Part shown: positions 8,738-18,470 of the stretch, piece after piece
How positions within the stretch are numbered: the first letter of the stretch is position 1
Layout: each line of letters begins with the position of its first letter
Assembly: GCA_028572065.1 (NCBI GenBank)
Contig: JAPVWK010000001.1
Location: forward strand, 1 to 45,008
Length of the DNA: 45,008 nucleotides
Reading direction: 5' to 3'
Source of the DNA: Candidatus Methanophagales archaeon
GTDB lineage: Archaea; Halobacteriota; Syntropharchaeia; Alkanophagales; Methanospirareceae
Notes under the pieces: generated by a model
Seen by the model: the letters and a program-made list of their open reading frames with translations, nothing else
What the model was told of the DNA's origin: nothing
Database searches by the model: none
Program-made: the position numbers and the translations under genes

Positions 8738-10486
8738 TCATTTTAGTAGTTGTGACACGCCTCGTCCTGTTAAATACCCGCCGATCCCAACCATACACAT
8801 GAAGTATATCAATACTATTATGAGAGTATTCTGATCCATGAATTTGCTGCTAACAAACACACTTGCGGTTATAAACGAATATAAAAGCATCACAGCCCCT
8901 ATGGGTGTAAGTATAATCCCTGTAACCATAGGGCGATCCATTAGCGCCACACCCTTGCTCGTCAGATAACCGCCAATTGCTATCATACATATAAGGAATG
9001 CAATCTTCGCGATAAACAGCTCTGTGAAGAAGGTGAATTCTCTATTCACAAACGTATTTGCAACCATGAACGAAAAGCAAAGCAGGGTCAATCCAATGGG
9101 TATTAATATTATACCAGTATTCATAGAATGTTCGGGTAATGTAGCACCCTTTTCCGTTAGATAGACACCGATTCCAATCATACAGCTAAGGAAGATGACC
9201 CTCATTACAAAGGACTCATCCAACGTAAATTCGCCAATACAGAAATTATATGCCGTTATGAATGAATACAGAAGCAAGATCAAACCAACAGCAGTAATTA
9301 TCAGACCTGTAATAGCTCTGTTTGTACTGCCTCGGGCATTTAGTCCCATTCCTCTTTCCGCTTCACTCGTTACTCCTTCCATTTTTGTGGGCCGTTTAAG
9401 GCTCTCGCTACCCATTACGTAGATTAAAGCACCAAATATTATCGCGAATACCACGGCTACAATCCCTCCAAGTGTGGAATAAACCATGATAGGTGCTTTT
9501 CGTCGCGAATTCCAAGACACATATAAAGAATCATATATTATGTCCGTCTCGTCACTCGTGACGTTCACAACAGAGGATAACCCGGAACTTTGCTCTGATA
9601 TTGAACCTGAAATTGGCGAAAGATTCACTAATATCGCGTTCACTTGTGCATTCAAATCACCAACAGAATCTGCAAATGTAGCTATTTCTTCGTGGACTAT
9701 TGACCCCGCAGTCGTTGTTTCCGAAGTTGTGTTCGTAGTGGAGTTCAGTGCGCGTTCAGCATCGGTAAGGGTGCTACTTACATTAGATAGGTAACTACCA
9801 ATATTCTCCGATTCTGTTTTTAGCGCCTCAAGAGCGGGCAGTGTCTCTTGAATATTCTGCCGTAATTCGGGTTCCTGTTCTGTACCGGCCCACGAATCTT
9901 CAAAACCACGGATAATCTCAGTAAGATTAGTTGTTACACTTGTAGAAGCGGCACCCCACACAGTTAAAGACCCATTTAACACGTTTAATTCGCTTTCAAG
10001 CGTGGTTATGTCCGGATATGCACTTTTCATGACGTCCCATGCACCTTCACCAAAAAGATATAAGCTTTTTAACTCGGTCATTTTAACTATCATAGCACTT
10101 GCAGCAGCGTCAATTGGGGCTATGGCATCATAAACCACCTGTATCGTTTTATTAATGTCTTGCAAAGCCGCAATATCGTATTGCTTGAATTGTATGGCGG
10201 CCTTTTTCCATGCAGATTGTGTGAAAACCGATTGCGCGATTGCCGGGTCAGTGACCTGCGAACCCTCGGCTGTGATGATCTCAATACCGTCTGCATATGG
10301 AAAAACATTATAGTATTTTATGATGTGATATGTGGAGCCATTGTAATTAACGGTATCAATGACTTTTGAATAGGTATCGAGTATTTTTTTATGTTGATCG
10401 GCTATGTCCGAAGCCGATTGTGCGGATGCTGGCATCAGTAATAAAAGCAAAAGCAAGACAAAAACAACGGCCACTTTTTGTATCAT
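8738..10486 (-). CDS. Hypothetical membrane protein: signal peptide, helical ectodomain, TM helix, three 2-TM repeats
   Basis: 582-aa ORF; N-terminal hydrophobic signal; three ~62-aa repeats TG.I...IG..LL.(Y/F)SF...CM..IG.YLT.(K/R)G. Confidence 0.75.
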   Translation of the reverse strand: MIQKVAVVFVLLLLLLLMPASAQSASDIADQHKKILDTYSKVIDTVNYNGSTYHIIKYYNVFPYADGIEIITAEGSQVTDPAIAQSVFTQSAWKKAAIQFKQYDIAALQDINKTIQVVYDAIAPIDAAASAMIVKMTELKSLYLFGEGAWDVMKSAYPDITTLESELNVLNGSLTVWGAASTSVTTNLTEIIRGFEDSWAGTEQEPELRQNIQETLPALEALKTESENIGSYLSNVSSTLTDAERALNSTTNTTSETTTAGSIVHEEIATFADSVGDLNAQVNAILVNLSPISGSISEQSSGLSSVVNVTSDETDIIYDSLYVSWNSRRKAPIMVYSTLGGIVAVVFAIIFGALIYVMGSESLKRPTKMEGVTSEAERGMGLNARGSTNRAITGLIITAVGLILLLYSFITAYNFCIGEFTLDESFVMRVIFLSCMIGIGVYLTEKGATLPEHSMNTGIILIPIGLTLLCFSFMVANTFVNREFTFFTELFIAKIAFLICMIAIGGYLTSKGVALMDRPMVTGIILTPIGAVMLLYSFITASVFVSSKFMDQNTLIIVLIYFMCMVGIGGYLTGRGVSQLLK

Positions 10487-10645
10487 ATCTTTAGTTCTAA
10501 CATAGTCTAATATAATATTATTATTTCTGTTTGATTATGTTTGACGAATAGACACTATATTCATGCACATATCAGAAAAAAACTACTACCTTTTTAAGCT
10601 CATACTAATCTATCGTTTTTTGAAGAACCAAATAGGAGGTGTATT

Positions 10646-12121
10646 ATGAAAACAAAAGTGATTTTAGTTGGTTTAGCTACAGTATCGTTAGTTATGTCGC
10701 TATTTTTAATCGGCAGTGCCGTAGGAGCAGAAAAAGAAGTGAAAATCGGTATTATGCAAGCATTGACTGGAGACCTGGGCACTTATGGAGGACCCATGAC
10801 GGACGCGGCCAAACTTGCGGTGAAAGAGGTAAACGAAAACGGAGGTGTACTCGGTGCAGATATTACGGTTATAGTAGAAGATACACAGACGTCAGAAAAT
10901 TCAGCCGTGGACGCAGCAAGTAAGCTCGTTAAAGTAAATAAAGTCCCCGCAATAATCGGAACAACGAGTAGTGGACCCAGCATGGCGATCATAGACATCA
11001 CAACGGGTAACGGTGTTATCCAGATTTCGTCATCCAATACTGCGCCTGATTTCTCTACATACGAGGACAATGACCTATATTTCAGGACATGCCCATCCGA
11101 TACGTTGCAGGGAAAAGCAATGGCAAGGCTCGCAATCAACGAAGGATACACAACTGCAAGTACGCTTGTGCTGAACAATCCGTATGGCGTGGGATTTGAA
11201 AAGGTATTCAAGGACGAGTTTGAATCTCTTGGCGGAACGGTTTTGGAATCGGTGAAATACGATCCTGCGGGAACTATTTTCGACTCCGAAGTTATGAAAG
11301 CCTGTAAACCTGAGCCGGAGGTCGTTATGCTATGCTCGTATCCCGAGACAGGTAGTGTGGTACTGAAAGCAGCTTACGAAAAAGGGTATATGGATGACAT
11401 GGAGTGGCTGCTTTCCGAAGGACTCAGGGATGAGACACTGGCAGAACTGGTAGGCAAAGACGAAGCGGGGAACTACATCGTAACGGGTTTAAACGGTACA
11501 ACGCCGGATCCAAGAGTGGCAGGACCGGCATACGAAAGTTTCAAAGTGAAATACGAAGCCGAGTACGATAAGGAAGTTACCACTTACTGCTCTAACAGCT
11601 ATGACGCAGCGGTATTGGTAGCACTTGCGATAGAAAAAGCGGAAAAAGCTACGGGAACAGCGATCAAAGCCGCAATACGGGAAGTTGCGAATCCACCGGG
11701 CAAAGAGGTAACTACCGTCCGCGAAGCGCTGATACTCATCCGAGAGGGGCAAGAAATAAACTATCAGGGTGCTTCTGGTGAAATCACCTTCGATGAGAAC
11801 GGAGATGTATCCGGTGCATATTGCAGGTGGTATATTGCAGAAAACGGCAGTATCGTGCTCGCGGAACCGATATATCTTGATGGACCGGAAGTGACACCTA
11901 CACCCGTGGAGAAAGTAACTCCGACACCAAAAGCAACAACTCCAGCTCCTGCAGAAGTGACACCTACACCCGTGAAAGCAACTCCGGCTCCTGCGAAAGC
12001 AACTCCGGCACAGACACCTGTACCAAAAGCAACACCAAAACCACCCGGCTTCGAGGCAATCTTCGCCGTTACAGGTATCCTCGCAGTTGCATATCTGCGA
12101 ATGTGGCGAAAAGCGAAATAA
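10646..12121 (+). CDS. livK: Branched-chain amino acid-type ABC transporter substrate-binding protein with PGF-CTERM anchor
   Basis: KIGIMQALTGDLG..G, EVNENGGVLG, YFRTCPSD, NYQGASGEITFDENGD; Pro/Thr linker then PGFEAIFAVTGILAVAYL-RKAK. Confidence 0.88.
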   Translation: MKTKVILVGLATVSLVMSLFLIGSAVGAEKEVKIGIMQALTGDLGTYGGPMTDAAKLAVKEVNENGGVLGADITVIVEDTQTSENSAVDAASKLVKVNKVPAIIGTTSSGPSMAIIDITTGNGVIQISSSNTAPDFSTYEDNDLYFRTCPSDTLQGKAMARLAINEGYTTASTLVLNNPYGVGFEKVFKDEFESLGGTVLESVKYDPAGTIFDSEVMKACKPEPEVVMLCSYPETGSVVLKAAYEKGYMDDMEWLLSEGLRDETLAELVGKDEAGNYIVTGLNGTTPDPRVAGPAYESFKVKYEAEYDKEVTTYCSNSYDAAVLVALAIEKAEKATGTAIKAAIREVANPPGKEVTTVREALILIREGQEINYQGASGEITFDENGDVSGAYCRWYIAENGSIVLAEPIYLDGPEVTPTPVEKVTPTPKATTPAPAEVTPTPVKATPAPAKATPAQTPVPKATPKPPGFEAIFAVTGILAVAYLRMWRKAK

Positions 12122-12162
12122 ATAGCGTGGAAACAGAGGGGAACGTTTTTTTATATCTTCCC

Positions 12163-13734
12163 CTATTTCATTTTTTCTTTGACCTTTCCGTATCCCCCGC
12201 CACCGGGCGTTTCAATTACCACTAGATCGCCCGTCTCAAGGCAGATAGTTACCTTTGAAGGCAGATATATTCTCTTATTGTCTCGAATCAAATAGTTCTT
12301 ACCCGCTCTTCCGTCTTCGCCACCACATAGACCCTTTGGCTGGTATTTCCGGCGCTCGGATTGTATAGATAGCGTAGCATCGTCTGTCAAAACTTTAATG
12401 GCTCTTCTTATGCCACACCCGCCTCGGAACTTACCGTTACCGCCGGAATCGTGAATTAGTTCATAACGTTCCACACGTAGCGGGTACGAGAGCTCTAAAG
12501 CTTCTATCGGTGTATTTGCCGTGTTCGTCATGTGCGTGTGAATACCATCGGCACCATTTTTATCGGGTAAAGCGCCCTGACCGCCAGCAATTGTTTCATA
12601 GTAGGTGAACCCTACTCCGTTGACTGTACCGCCTATTACTACATTGTTCATTGTGCCTTGCGACTGTGCGGGTATTTTGTGTGGTATAGCTTTATGCAGG
12701 GCAAGCAGCAGGACGTCCACTATTCTCTGTGACGTCTCTACATTACCGCTTGATACAGCAGCAGGCGGATTTGGATTCGAAACCGTGCCTTCGGGCACAG
12801 TAATGCTTACAGGCAGGTAACAGCCATGATTGGGCGGTATTTCAGGGTCTGTCACACATCTCAGGACATAGTAGACGGCAGAGAGCGTAACTGCATAGGG
12901 CGCATTGATATTGCCTCTTCTTTGCCTGTCGGTGCCTTCAAAGCTTATAGTTATGGTACTGCCCGCTATTTTTAGTGTCACTGCTATTTTCACCGGCTGG
13001 TCGGTAACGCCATCATCGTCCATAAAGTCCTCGGCGGTATAAGTACCATCGGGTATTTTTGTGATTGCATGTCGCATCCGCTTCTCACTGTAGGTTATGA
13101 TACTTGCTGCAAACTCTGTGTAAGCATTTACGCCATATTTTTGGATGTGTTCGGTCATTCTCATTGCACCCAAGTTGTTAGCCGCGATCTGAGCCCGTAT
13201 ATCGCCTGCTCGCTCCACGGGTGTGCGAGTATTGGCTTTTATGATGCCGAGTATGTCTGTGTTCTCCTAGCCGCGGGTTAAAAGCTTGCAGGGTGGGATA
13301 ATAAGACCTTCCTGGAAGATTTCGGTGCTGTTGCCCGGCATTGAGCCCGGTGTCATGCCGCCGACGTCCGCATGATGGGCTCTGTTTACGGCGTAACCTA
13401 CTAACTCAGCGTCATAGAAAATCGGTCTTATTAGGGTGATGTCAGGTAGGTGTGAGCCGCCGTGATAAGGGTCGTTTACTATTATTTGGTCGCCTTCTTG
13501 TAAGTCATCGAACTGCCGCAAGGCGAATTCTACGGTGAGCGGCATTGCGCCCAGATGCACGGGGATATGTTCTGCCTGTGCCAGCATCCGGCCTTTGGCG
13601 TCAAAGATGGCACATGATGCGTCCATCCGCTCCTTTATATTCGGCGAGTATGCTGCTCGTTTCAGTGCCGCGCCCATCTCTTCGGGTATTGCGGTAAATG
13701 CGTTCTTCAAGATTTGCAGGGTTATGGGGTTCAT
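12163..13734 (-). pseudogene. hyuB: Hydantoinase B / 5-oxoprolinase subunit B interrupted by one in-frame TAG
   Basis: YSPNIKERMDASCA, HIPVHLG, NDPYHGGSHLPD, AHHADVGG, HTHMTNT..TP.E..E, ETPGGGGYG; ORFs 13267..13767 and 12163..13218 are in the same frame, joined by TAG (13267-13269) + ENTDILGIIKANTRTP. Confidence 0.85.
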
Positions 13735-13767
13735 GGTGTTGGGTTTATAATTATACAAAAAGAGCAA

Positions 13768-15135
13768 TCACAGTTCTCTCACCTCATCGAGAAATGCAGG
13801 TCGCTTTTTAAATTCTGTTTTCAAATCGGAAAACTGCTTTTTCCAGCTTGATTCGTCTTTTAACAGATTAACGTAAATGTGTTTGACCTTAGCCAAATAT
13901 CCTGCTACAATACGATACGTTTTTCTATCTCCTCTCGGGATGTTCCTATAAGCGTTTTGCCAGTAATACTCTATTATCTTTTCAGGAAAATCCTCTTCCA
14001 GCTTAGCTGCGAATTTATCAAACTTATTTTTCATTCCCCATTGATACTCAGGCGGATTTAAAATTGTGTGCAGGACTGCCTCTTTCATGTTTTTGTCCAT
14101 GCAGATTCGTAGATAGTCACAGATGTCTTTTTCTTTAATCTCGTTGAATATTTTGGGCTCAACCTCTTTCCAGTCTGCATCCCTCATAAACGCCTTCATT
14201 TTATTGTATTCTGCATAGTAGTTTCCATATCGCATGATTTCATATGCTTTTAGCTGAGCCTCTTTTGCCTTTTCGTAATTACCTTCTGTTTTATAATACT
14301 CAAATAGTTGGTCCAGCAGGTCCTTCTCTTCGCTCTCCCGGGTCAACGCAACCTGGACAATTCGTTCTATATTGGCGGTGTCCCTTTCTTCAGCAAAATG
14401 CTCAAACAAGAATTGAAAAAGCTCTGTAAGCCTACCTTCGCCTTTTAATATCCCCTGTTCTGCGGTTTCCAAACCCTTTTGCAAATCGCCCTTATTAACG
14501 TAGAACACTACTAAATCCCAGTAATCCAGACCGTAATGGAGATTCTTCATACGCATTTCTAAATATGCTGTTTCATTGCAAAGATAGTTCTTCTGGATAC
14601 GCATAATCAACTTTCTCCGCCAATCAGAAGGACGTTTTGCCAGTTTTGCCACTAAATATTCCCATTCTTCTTTCGTCTCGCACATTGCGAAAAAAATATC
14701 CATCAAAGCATCATCAAAACCGGAATTCTCCTTATCATACTCCACAAAGGCGCAATCAAAAAATCCGAGTTTTGCATCCGTGGATATGTTACCTGCTTCA
14801 ATCAATTCGGAAATTTCATTTAGCCACTCATAAGCTTCCGCCTCTTCATCTTCCGGTCCGCCGCCATATTCATTGAATTCCGAGATTATAATTTCTGCTT
14901 TTTCCCAGTATTCCATCAATAACTCGTCATTTAGTGTCACTACTTCTTCTACAACGCTTGAAGCCTCTGCTTTCTCTTTAAACCATTCCAAAACCAATCT
15001 ATGGACTTCCGGGGTTTTTCTTATTAGATTTTGCACTAACTTGTATAAGTCCTCGCCATCAAGAGATTTCAATTCTTCATCTAAACTAAAACCCCTACTA
15101 TTCTCTTCTCCTTGTTTGCTATGCGATGACATCAT
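13768..15135 (-). CDS. Hypothetical acidic all-helical (TPR-like) protein
   Basis: Long ORF, helical-repeat character, C-terminal FKKRPAFLDEV resembles SWIM-associated helical proteins; no SWIM motif seen. Confidence 0.65.
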   Translation of the reverse strand: MMSSHSKQGEENSRGFSLDEELKSLDGEDLYKLVQNLIRKTPEVHRLVLEWFKEKAEASSVVEEVVTLNDELLMEYWEKAEIIISEFNEYGGGPEDEEAEAYEWLNEISELIEAGNISTDAKLGFFDCAFVEYDKENSGFDDALMDIFFAMCETKEEWEYLVAKLAKRPSDWRRKLIMRIQKNYLCNETAYLEMRMKNLHYGLDYWDLVVFYVNKGDLQKGLETAEQGILKGEGRLTELFQFLFEHFAEERDTANIERIVQVALTRESEEKDLLDQLFEYYKTEGNYEKAKEAQLKAYEIMRYGNYYAEYNKMKAFMRDADWKEVEPKIFNEIKEKDICDYLRICMDKNMKEAVLHTILNPPEYQWGMKNKFDKFAAKLEEDFPEKIIEYYWQNAYRNIPRGDRKTYRIVAGYLAKVKHIYVNLLKDESSWKKQFSDLKTEFKKRPAFLDEVREL

Positions 15136-15145
15136 GCCACATCCA

Positions 15146-15345
15146 TCAATTTCTTCTGAACCATTTTGCAACACCCTTATCTTTTTTCTTCACCGGAAAC
15201 TGACATTCACTGACCAGCTCTTCTTCTAGTGCCGTAGGTGAGTCGTTATGGCATACTGTTACATGAGGACCCACAATCTAATAACCGTTCTCTTCGATGC
15301 TTTTTAGCTCTTTTCTCATTGAACGTTTAAGCGTTTGTTTCATCA
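15146..15345 (-). pseudogene. Remnant of GyrI-like/BmrR-type effector domain gene
   Basis: KELKSIEENGY*IVGPHVTVCHNDSPTALEEELVSECQFPVKK resembles GyrI-like C-termini (wieenGYeivGp.revYhnDp....eEl.tEiqfPvkk); internal TAG at 15278-15280. Confidence 0.6.
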
Positions 15346-15492
15346 TATAGATACAGCCATATAAGGACAACTCATATTGGTTGTAATTGAAAAAACAACC
15401 ATAACTTGATGACCCCTCTTTCAAAAATACGAACTAATACCGCTGATTCTACGATAGTAAATGCAGGTCGAAGCCACACACCTATCCTAAGA

Positions 15493-16032
15493 TTACGCTT
15501 TCTTTTTCATACAGCATCGCTTATACTTCTTACCGCTGCCACAGGGACAAGGGTCATTCCGCCCTATTTTTACCCTACTGTCGGATCTCATTGATGTCAC
15601 ATCCTTATTTTCTTCTTCGATCAAATCCTTGAACATCCGGTAATGCCTCTTTATTCGTTCAACGTAATTCCTATCCTTCAGAACGTACTTAATTTCATTC
15701 AGTAATATAGGTGCAAGTTCGGATTGATAGCTAGCTAAATTTAATATCGGACCTTGTAATTCCGCTATGATCCGTGGGTCATTACGACCAAACCAATCAG
15801 CGTAAAATTTGCGATTCTCCCAGCCATATGCAATTATCGCTACAACTTCGTTTCTTTCTTCGGAATATACATTGAAAAAAACTCGCCGGCAATCACAACC
15901 TACCTCGTCACAATAGGCTTCAACCAGGCCATAGTTCCCCGCAGGTAATTCGGGATCATTAATTGCGATTAGAGCTCGAGTTTCTGTTTCTGCTATCTCC
16001 GGGAACTTTTCATGAAAAGGCACGTATGGCAT
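15493..16032 (-). CDS. SEC-C motif (zinc-binding) domain protein
   Basis: C-terminal KIGRNDPCPCGSGKKYKRCC; N-terminal EAYCDEVGCDCRRV. Confidence 0.85.
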   Translation of the reverse strand: MPYVPFHEKFPEIAETETRALIAINDPELPAGNYGLVEAYCDEVGCDCRRVFFNVYSEERNEVVAIIAYGWENRKFYADWFGRNDPRIIAELQGPILNLASYQSELAPILLNEIKYVLKDRNYVERIKRHYRMFKDLIEEENKDVTSMRSDSRVKIGRNDPCPCGSGKKYKRCCMKKKA

Positions 16033-16201
16033 ATTGCTGACTCCTTTATTGGAAGAGATGGCACTCCCGCTTTAAAAACCTTTCATAAACTACCACGTCA
16101 CACAGAAAAAAAACAGTTATGCTGTGATTAATAGAATAGACGCGATAGCGAATCAAACACAACTTAATAAATTGTAGCCTCTATAAAGCTATACAAACAC
16201 T

Positions 16202-17095
16202 ATGATAGAATACCTAATCACAGTAGTGCTGATAGCGGCGATTTACGCCATCTTCTCCTTAGGGCTGAATTTAGAATGGGGTTTCACGGGACTTATCAAT
16301 TTCGGGCACGTTGCTTTTATGGCTATCGGTGCCTATACAACAGTATTGCTGAATTTGAACGGAGTCGCACCGTTTCCGTCTGTAATAGCCGGAATGGCAC
16401 TTGCAGGGCTTTGTGGCGGTTTACTGGGAATACCCGCGTTAAAGCTGAGGGCAGATTATCTTGCTATCGTGACCTTAGGATTCGCGGAAATAGTACGATT
16501 CATCCTGTTAAATGAGGAATGGCTCACTCGTGGTCCGATGGGGCTGCATGGTTACTCAAGACCATTCGAGGACTTTATATCGGGCGATTACAACTTCTTC
16601 CTGCTGCTGCTCGTGCTGATAGTTCTCGTGGCGTGCTATTTAATGCTTGAACAGCTCATAAAATCGCCCTGGGGACGTGTGCTCAAATCCATAAGGGAAG
16701 ATGAAGACGTCCCGACTTCGCTCGGCAAGAACGTTTTATCGTATAAAATTCAAGCGCTTATGTTGGGCTCCGCCATCGCGGGATTAGCGGGCGCATTTCT
16801 TGCGTTTTATCTGCAATATATAAATCCGCGTAATTTTATGCCGATGGAGACTTTTTATGCTTGGATTGCGGTTGTAGTTGGAGGCAGCGGTAATAACAAA
16901 GGCACGATATTGGGCGCATTTATCCTCTGGGGTTTCTTCAGCGGGACACGATTTGCTCAGGGCTATCTCCCGCTCAGCCCAACACAGATAGGCGCACTAA
17001 GAATAATGTTTATAGGATTATTACTAATACTAATCATGATGTTCAAACCCGAAGGACTTTTGGGGAAGAAAGAGGAGTTAACGTTAATTGGGTGA
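16202..17095 (+). CDS. livM: Branched-chain amino acid ABC transporter permease LivM
   Basis: GLNLEWGFTGLINFGHVAF, LRADYLAIVTLGFAEI, SPWGRVLKSIREDE. Confidence 0.9.
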   Translation: MIEYLITVVLIAAIYAIFSLGLNLEWGFTGLINFGHVAFMAIGAYTTVLLNLNGVAPFPSVIAGMALAGLCGGLLGIPALKLRADYLAIVTLGFAEIVRFILLNEEWLTRGPMGLHGYSRPFEDFISGDYNFFLLLLVLIVLVACYLMLEQLIKSPWGRVLKSIREDEDVPTSLGKNVLSYKIQALMLGSAIAGLAGAFLAFYLQYINPRNFMPMETFYAWIAVVVGGSGNNKGTILGAFILWGFFSGTRFAQGYLPLSPTQIGALRIMFIGLLLILIMMFKPEGLLGKKEELTLIG

Positions 17096-17850
17096 TGCGA
17101 AATATGCTATCAGTTCAAGGACTCAAGAAGAGCTTTGGTGGCATAAAAGCAGTAGATACGTCTTCCCTGGACGTGGCGGGTGGTGGGACGGTAGGCGTCA
17201 TAGGACCGAATGGTGCAGGAAAAACTACTTTGTTCAATCTGATTAGCGGTTTTGATAAGCCGGATAATGGCGCAATTATATTTGACGGTGAGAATATCGC
17301 AGGTAAACCGAGTGCCGAGATTGCTAGAATGGGTCTCATTCGTACTTTTCAGTTGTCAAAGGCACTGACAAGATTAACGGTAGTGGAGAATATGATGCTA
17401 GCTCCGCAAGTTCAATATGGTGAGCGGATATGGAATGTATGGTTACGTCCTCGTGAAGTCAAGCAGCAGGAGGAAGCGAATCGTGAGAAAGCTATTTCAT
17501 TGCTTGAGTTCTTTGGGCTGCTATCAAAGAAGGACGATTATGCGGGTGCTCTTTCGGGAGGTCAAAAACGACTCCTGGAGATAGCGAGGGCACTTATGGC
17601 GGAACCAAAGATGTTGCTCCTGGATGAACCGTTTTCGGGCGTGAATCCCACGCTGACGAAGAAAATAGTGGAATATCTAAAGACGTTGCGAGAAGAGGGT
17701 ATGACCTTCCTCGTCATCGAACACGATATGCACATAATTATGCAGTTGAGCGATTTCTTGTACGTACTCAATAAGGGTAAGGTGATAGCTTCGGGCGTAC
17801 CGGAAGAAGTGCGGCACAACGAACGAGTTCTGGATGCGTATCTCGGGTGA
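17092..17850 (+). CDS. livG: Branched-chain amino acid ABC transporter ATPase LivG
   Basis: GPNGAGKTT, RTFQ, LSGGQKRLLEIARAL, LLLDEP, IEHDM, VLDAYLG. Confidence 0.9.
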   Translation: MMRNMLSVQGLKKSFGGIKAVDTSSLDVAGGGTVGVIGPNGAGKTTLFNLISGFDKPDNGAIIFDGENIAGKPSAEIARMGLIRTFQLSKALTRLTVVENMMLAPQVQYGERIWNVWLRPREVKQQEEANREKAISLLEFFGLLSKKDDYAGALSGGQKRLLEIARALMAEPKMLLLDEPFSGVNPTLTKKIVEYLKTLREEGMTFLVIEHDMHIIMQLSDFLYVLNKGKVIASGVPEEVRHNERVLDAYLG

Positions 17851-18027
17851 AAACGCATATACCTACTACCGCTTGAAGATGTAAACGGCTGATTGCAGGA
17901 ACGGTATTTGCAGTGCAGGGGTTATTAAACAGCGATATTTTACGTGAGTTCTATGCAAATCTGCGTGTTCTTGTAGCTACCGAAACTAAATATACATAAT
18001 GTGCAAAACTACAACGACAGAAGAATA

Positions 18028-18043
18028 CCGAAAACTTTAAATG
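18028..18043 (+). promoter_or_regulatory. BRE + TATA box of fwd operon
   Basis: CCGAAAAC-TTTAAAT about 31 nt upstream of the fwdD ATG. Confidence 0.55.
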
Positions 18044-18073
18044 TTTATGAATACGAAGTAAGAGTGGATAAAA

Positions 18074-18451
18074 ATGGGGACAAAAGTGAATTTGATAAGT
18101 GGAAGAACGACTGTACAAGGTCGTAATTTAGACAGTAAGATGTCTGAGGAGTACTTTGAAGAAGTGGCACGATGTGATCTGAACAAAGCGGATATGGAGA
18201 AGCTGGGTGTGGCTGCTGACGAATCGGTGAAGGTGAGAACGAGCTATGGCGAAGTAGTAGTGAAAGCGAAAGAAGTTGCGGGAACTCCGGAAGGGTTGGT
18301 CTTTATACCTATGGGACCCTGGGCAAATGCACTCGTCAGTGGAGATACACATGGTGCGGGTATGCCCTCGTATAAGGGCATAGATGCGGAGATAGAGAAG
18401 ACGGGCGATAAAGTTCTGCATGTAAAAGAACTGATGCAGACGTATATGTGA
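18074..18451 (+). CDS. fwdD: Formylmethanofuran dehydrogenase subunit D
   Basis: LISGRTTVQG, VRTSYGEVVV, VFIPMGPWAN, GMPSYKGI. Confidence 0.92.
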   Translation: MGTKVNLISGRTTVQGRNLDSKMSEEYFEEVARCDLNKADMEKLGVAADESVKVRTSYGEVVVKAKEVAGTPEGLVFIPMGPWANALVSGDTHGAGMPSYKGIDAEIEKTGDKVLHVKELMQTYM

Positions 18452-18470
18452 TAGGAGGAAAAGAGTAAAA

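Noticed and set aside
6855..13734. MfnF-like gene as the hydantoinase A partner of hyuB
   Set aside because: At about 334 aa with Orf9/MfnF motifs it is too short for HyuA, and it is not adjacent.
13267..15280. Genome-wide TAG recoding suggested by two internal TAGs
   Set aside because: Several intact genes end at TAG at the expected family C-terminus, and the second TAG lies in a degraded fragment.
17936..17972. Possible extra copy of the 10-bp repeat family (GCAAATCTGCGTG)
   Set aside because: Only one unit matches; too short to distinguish from chance.
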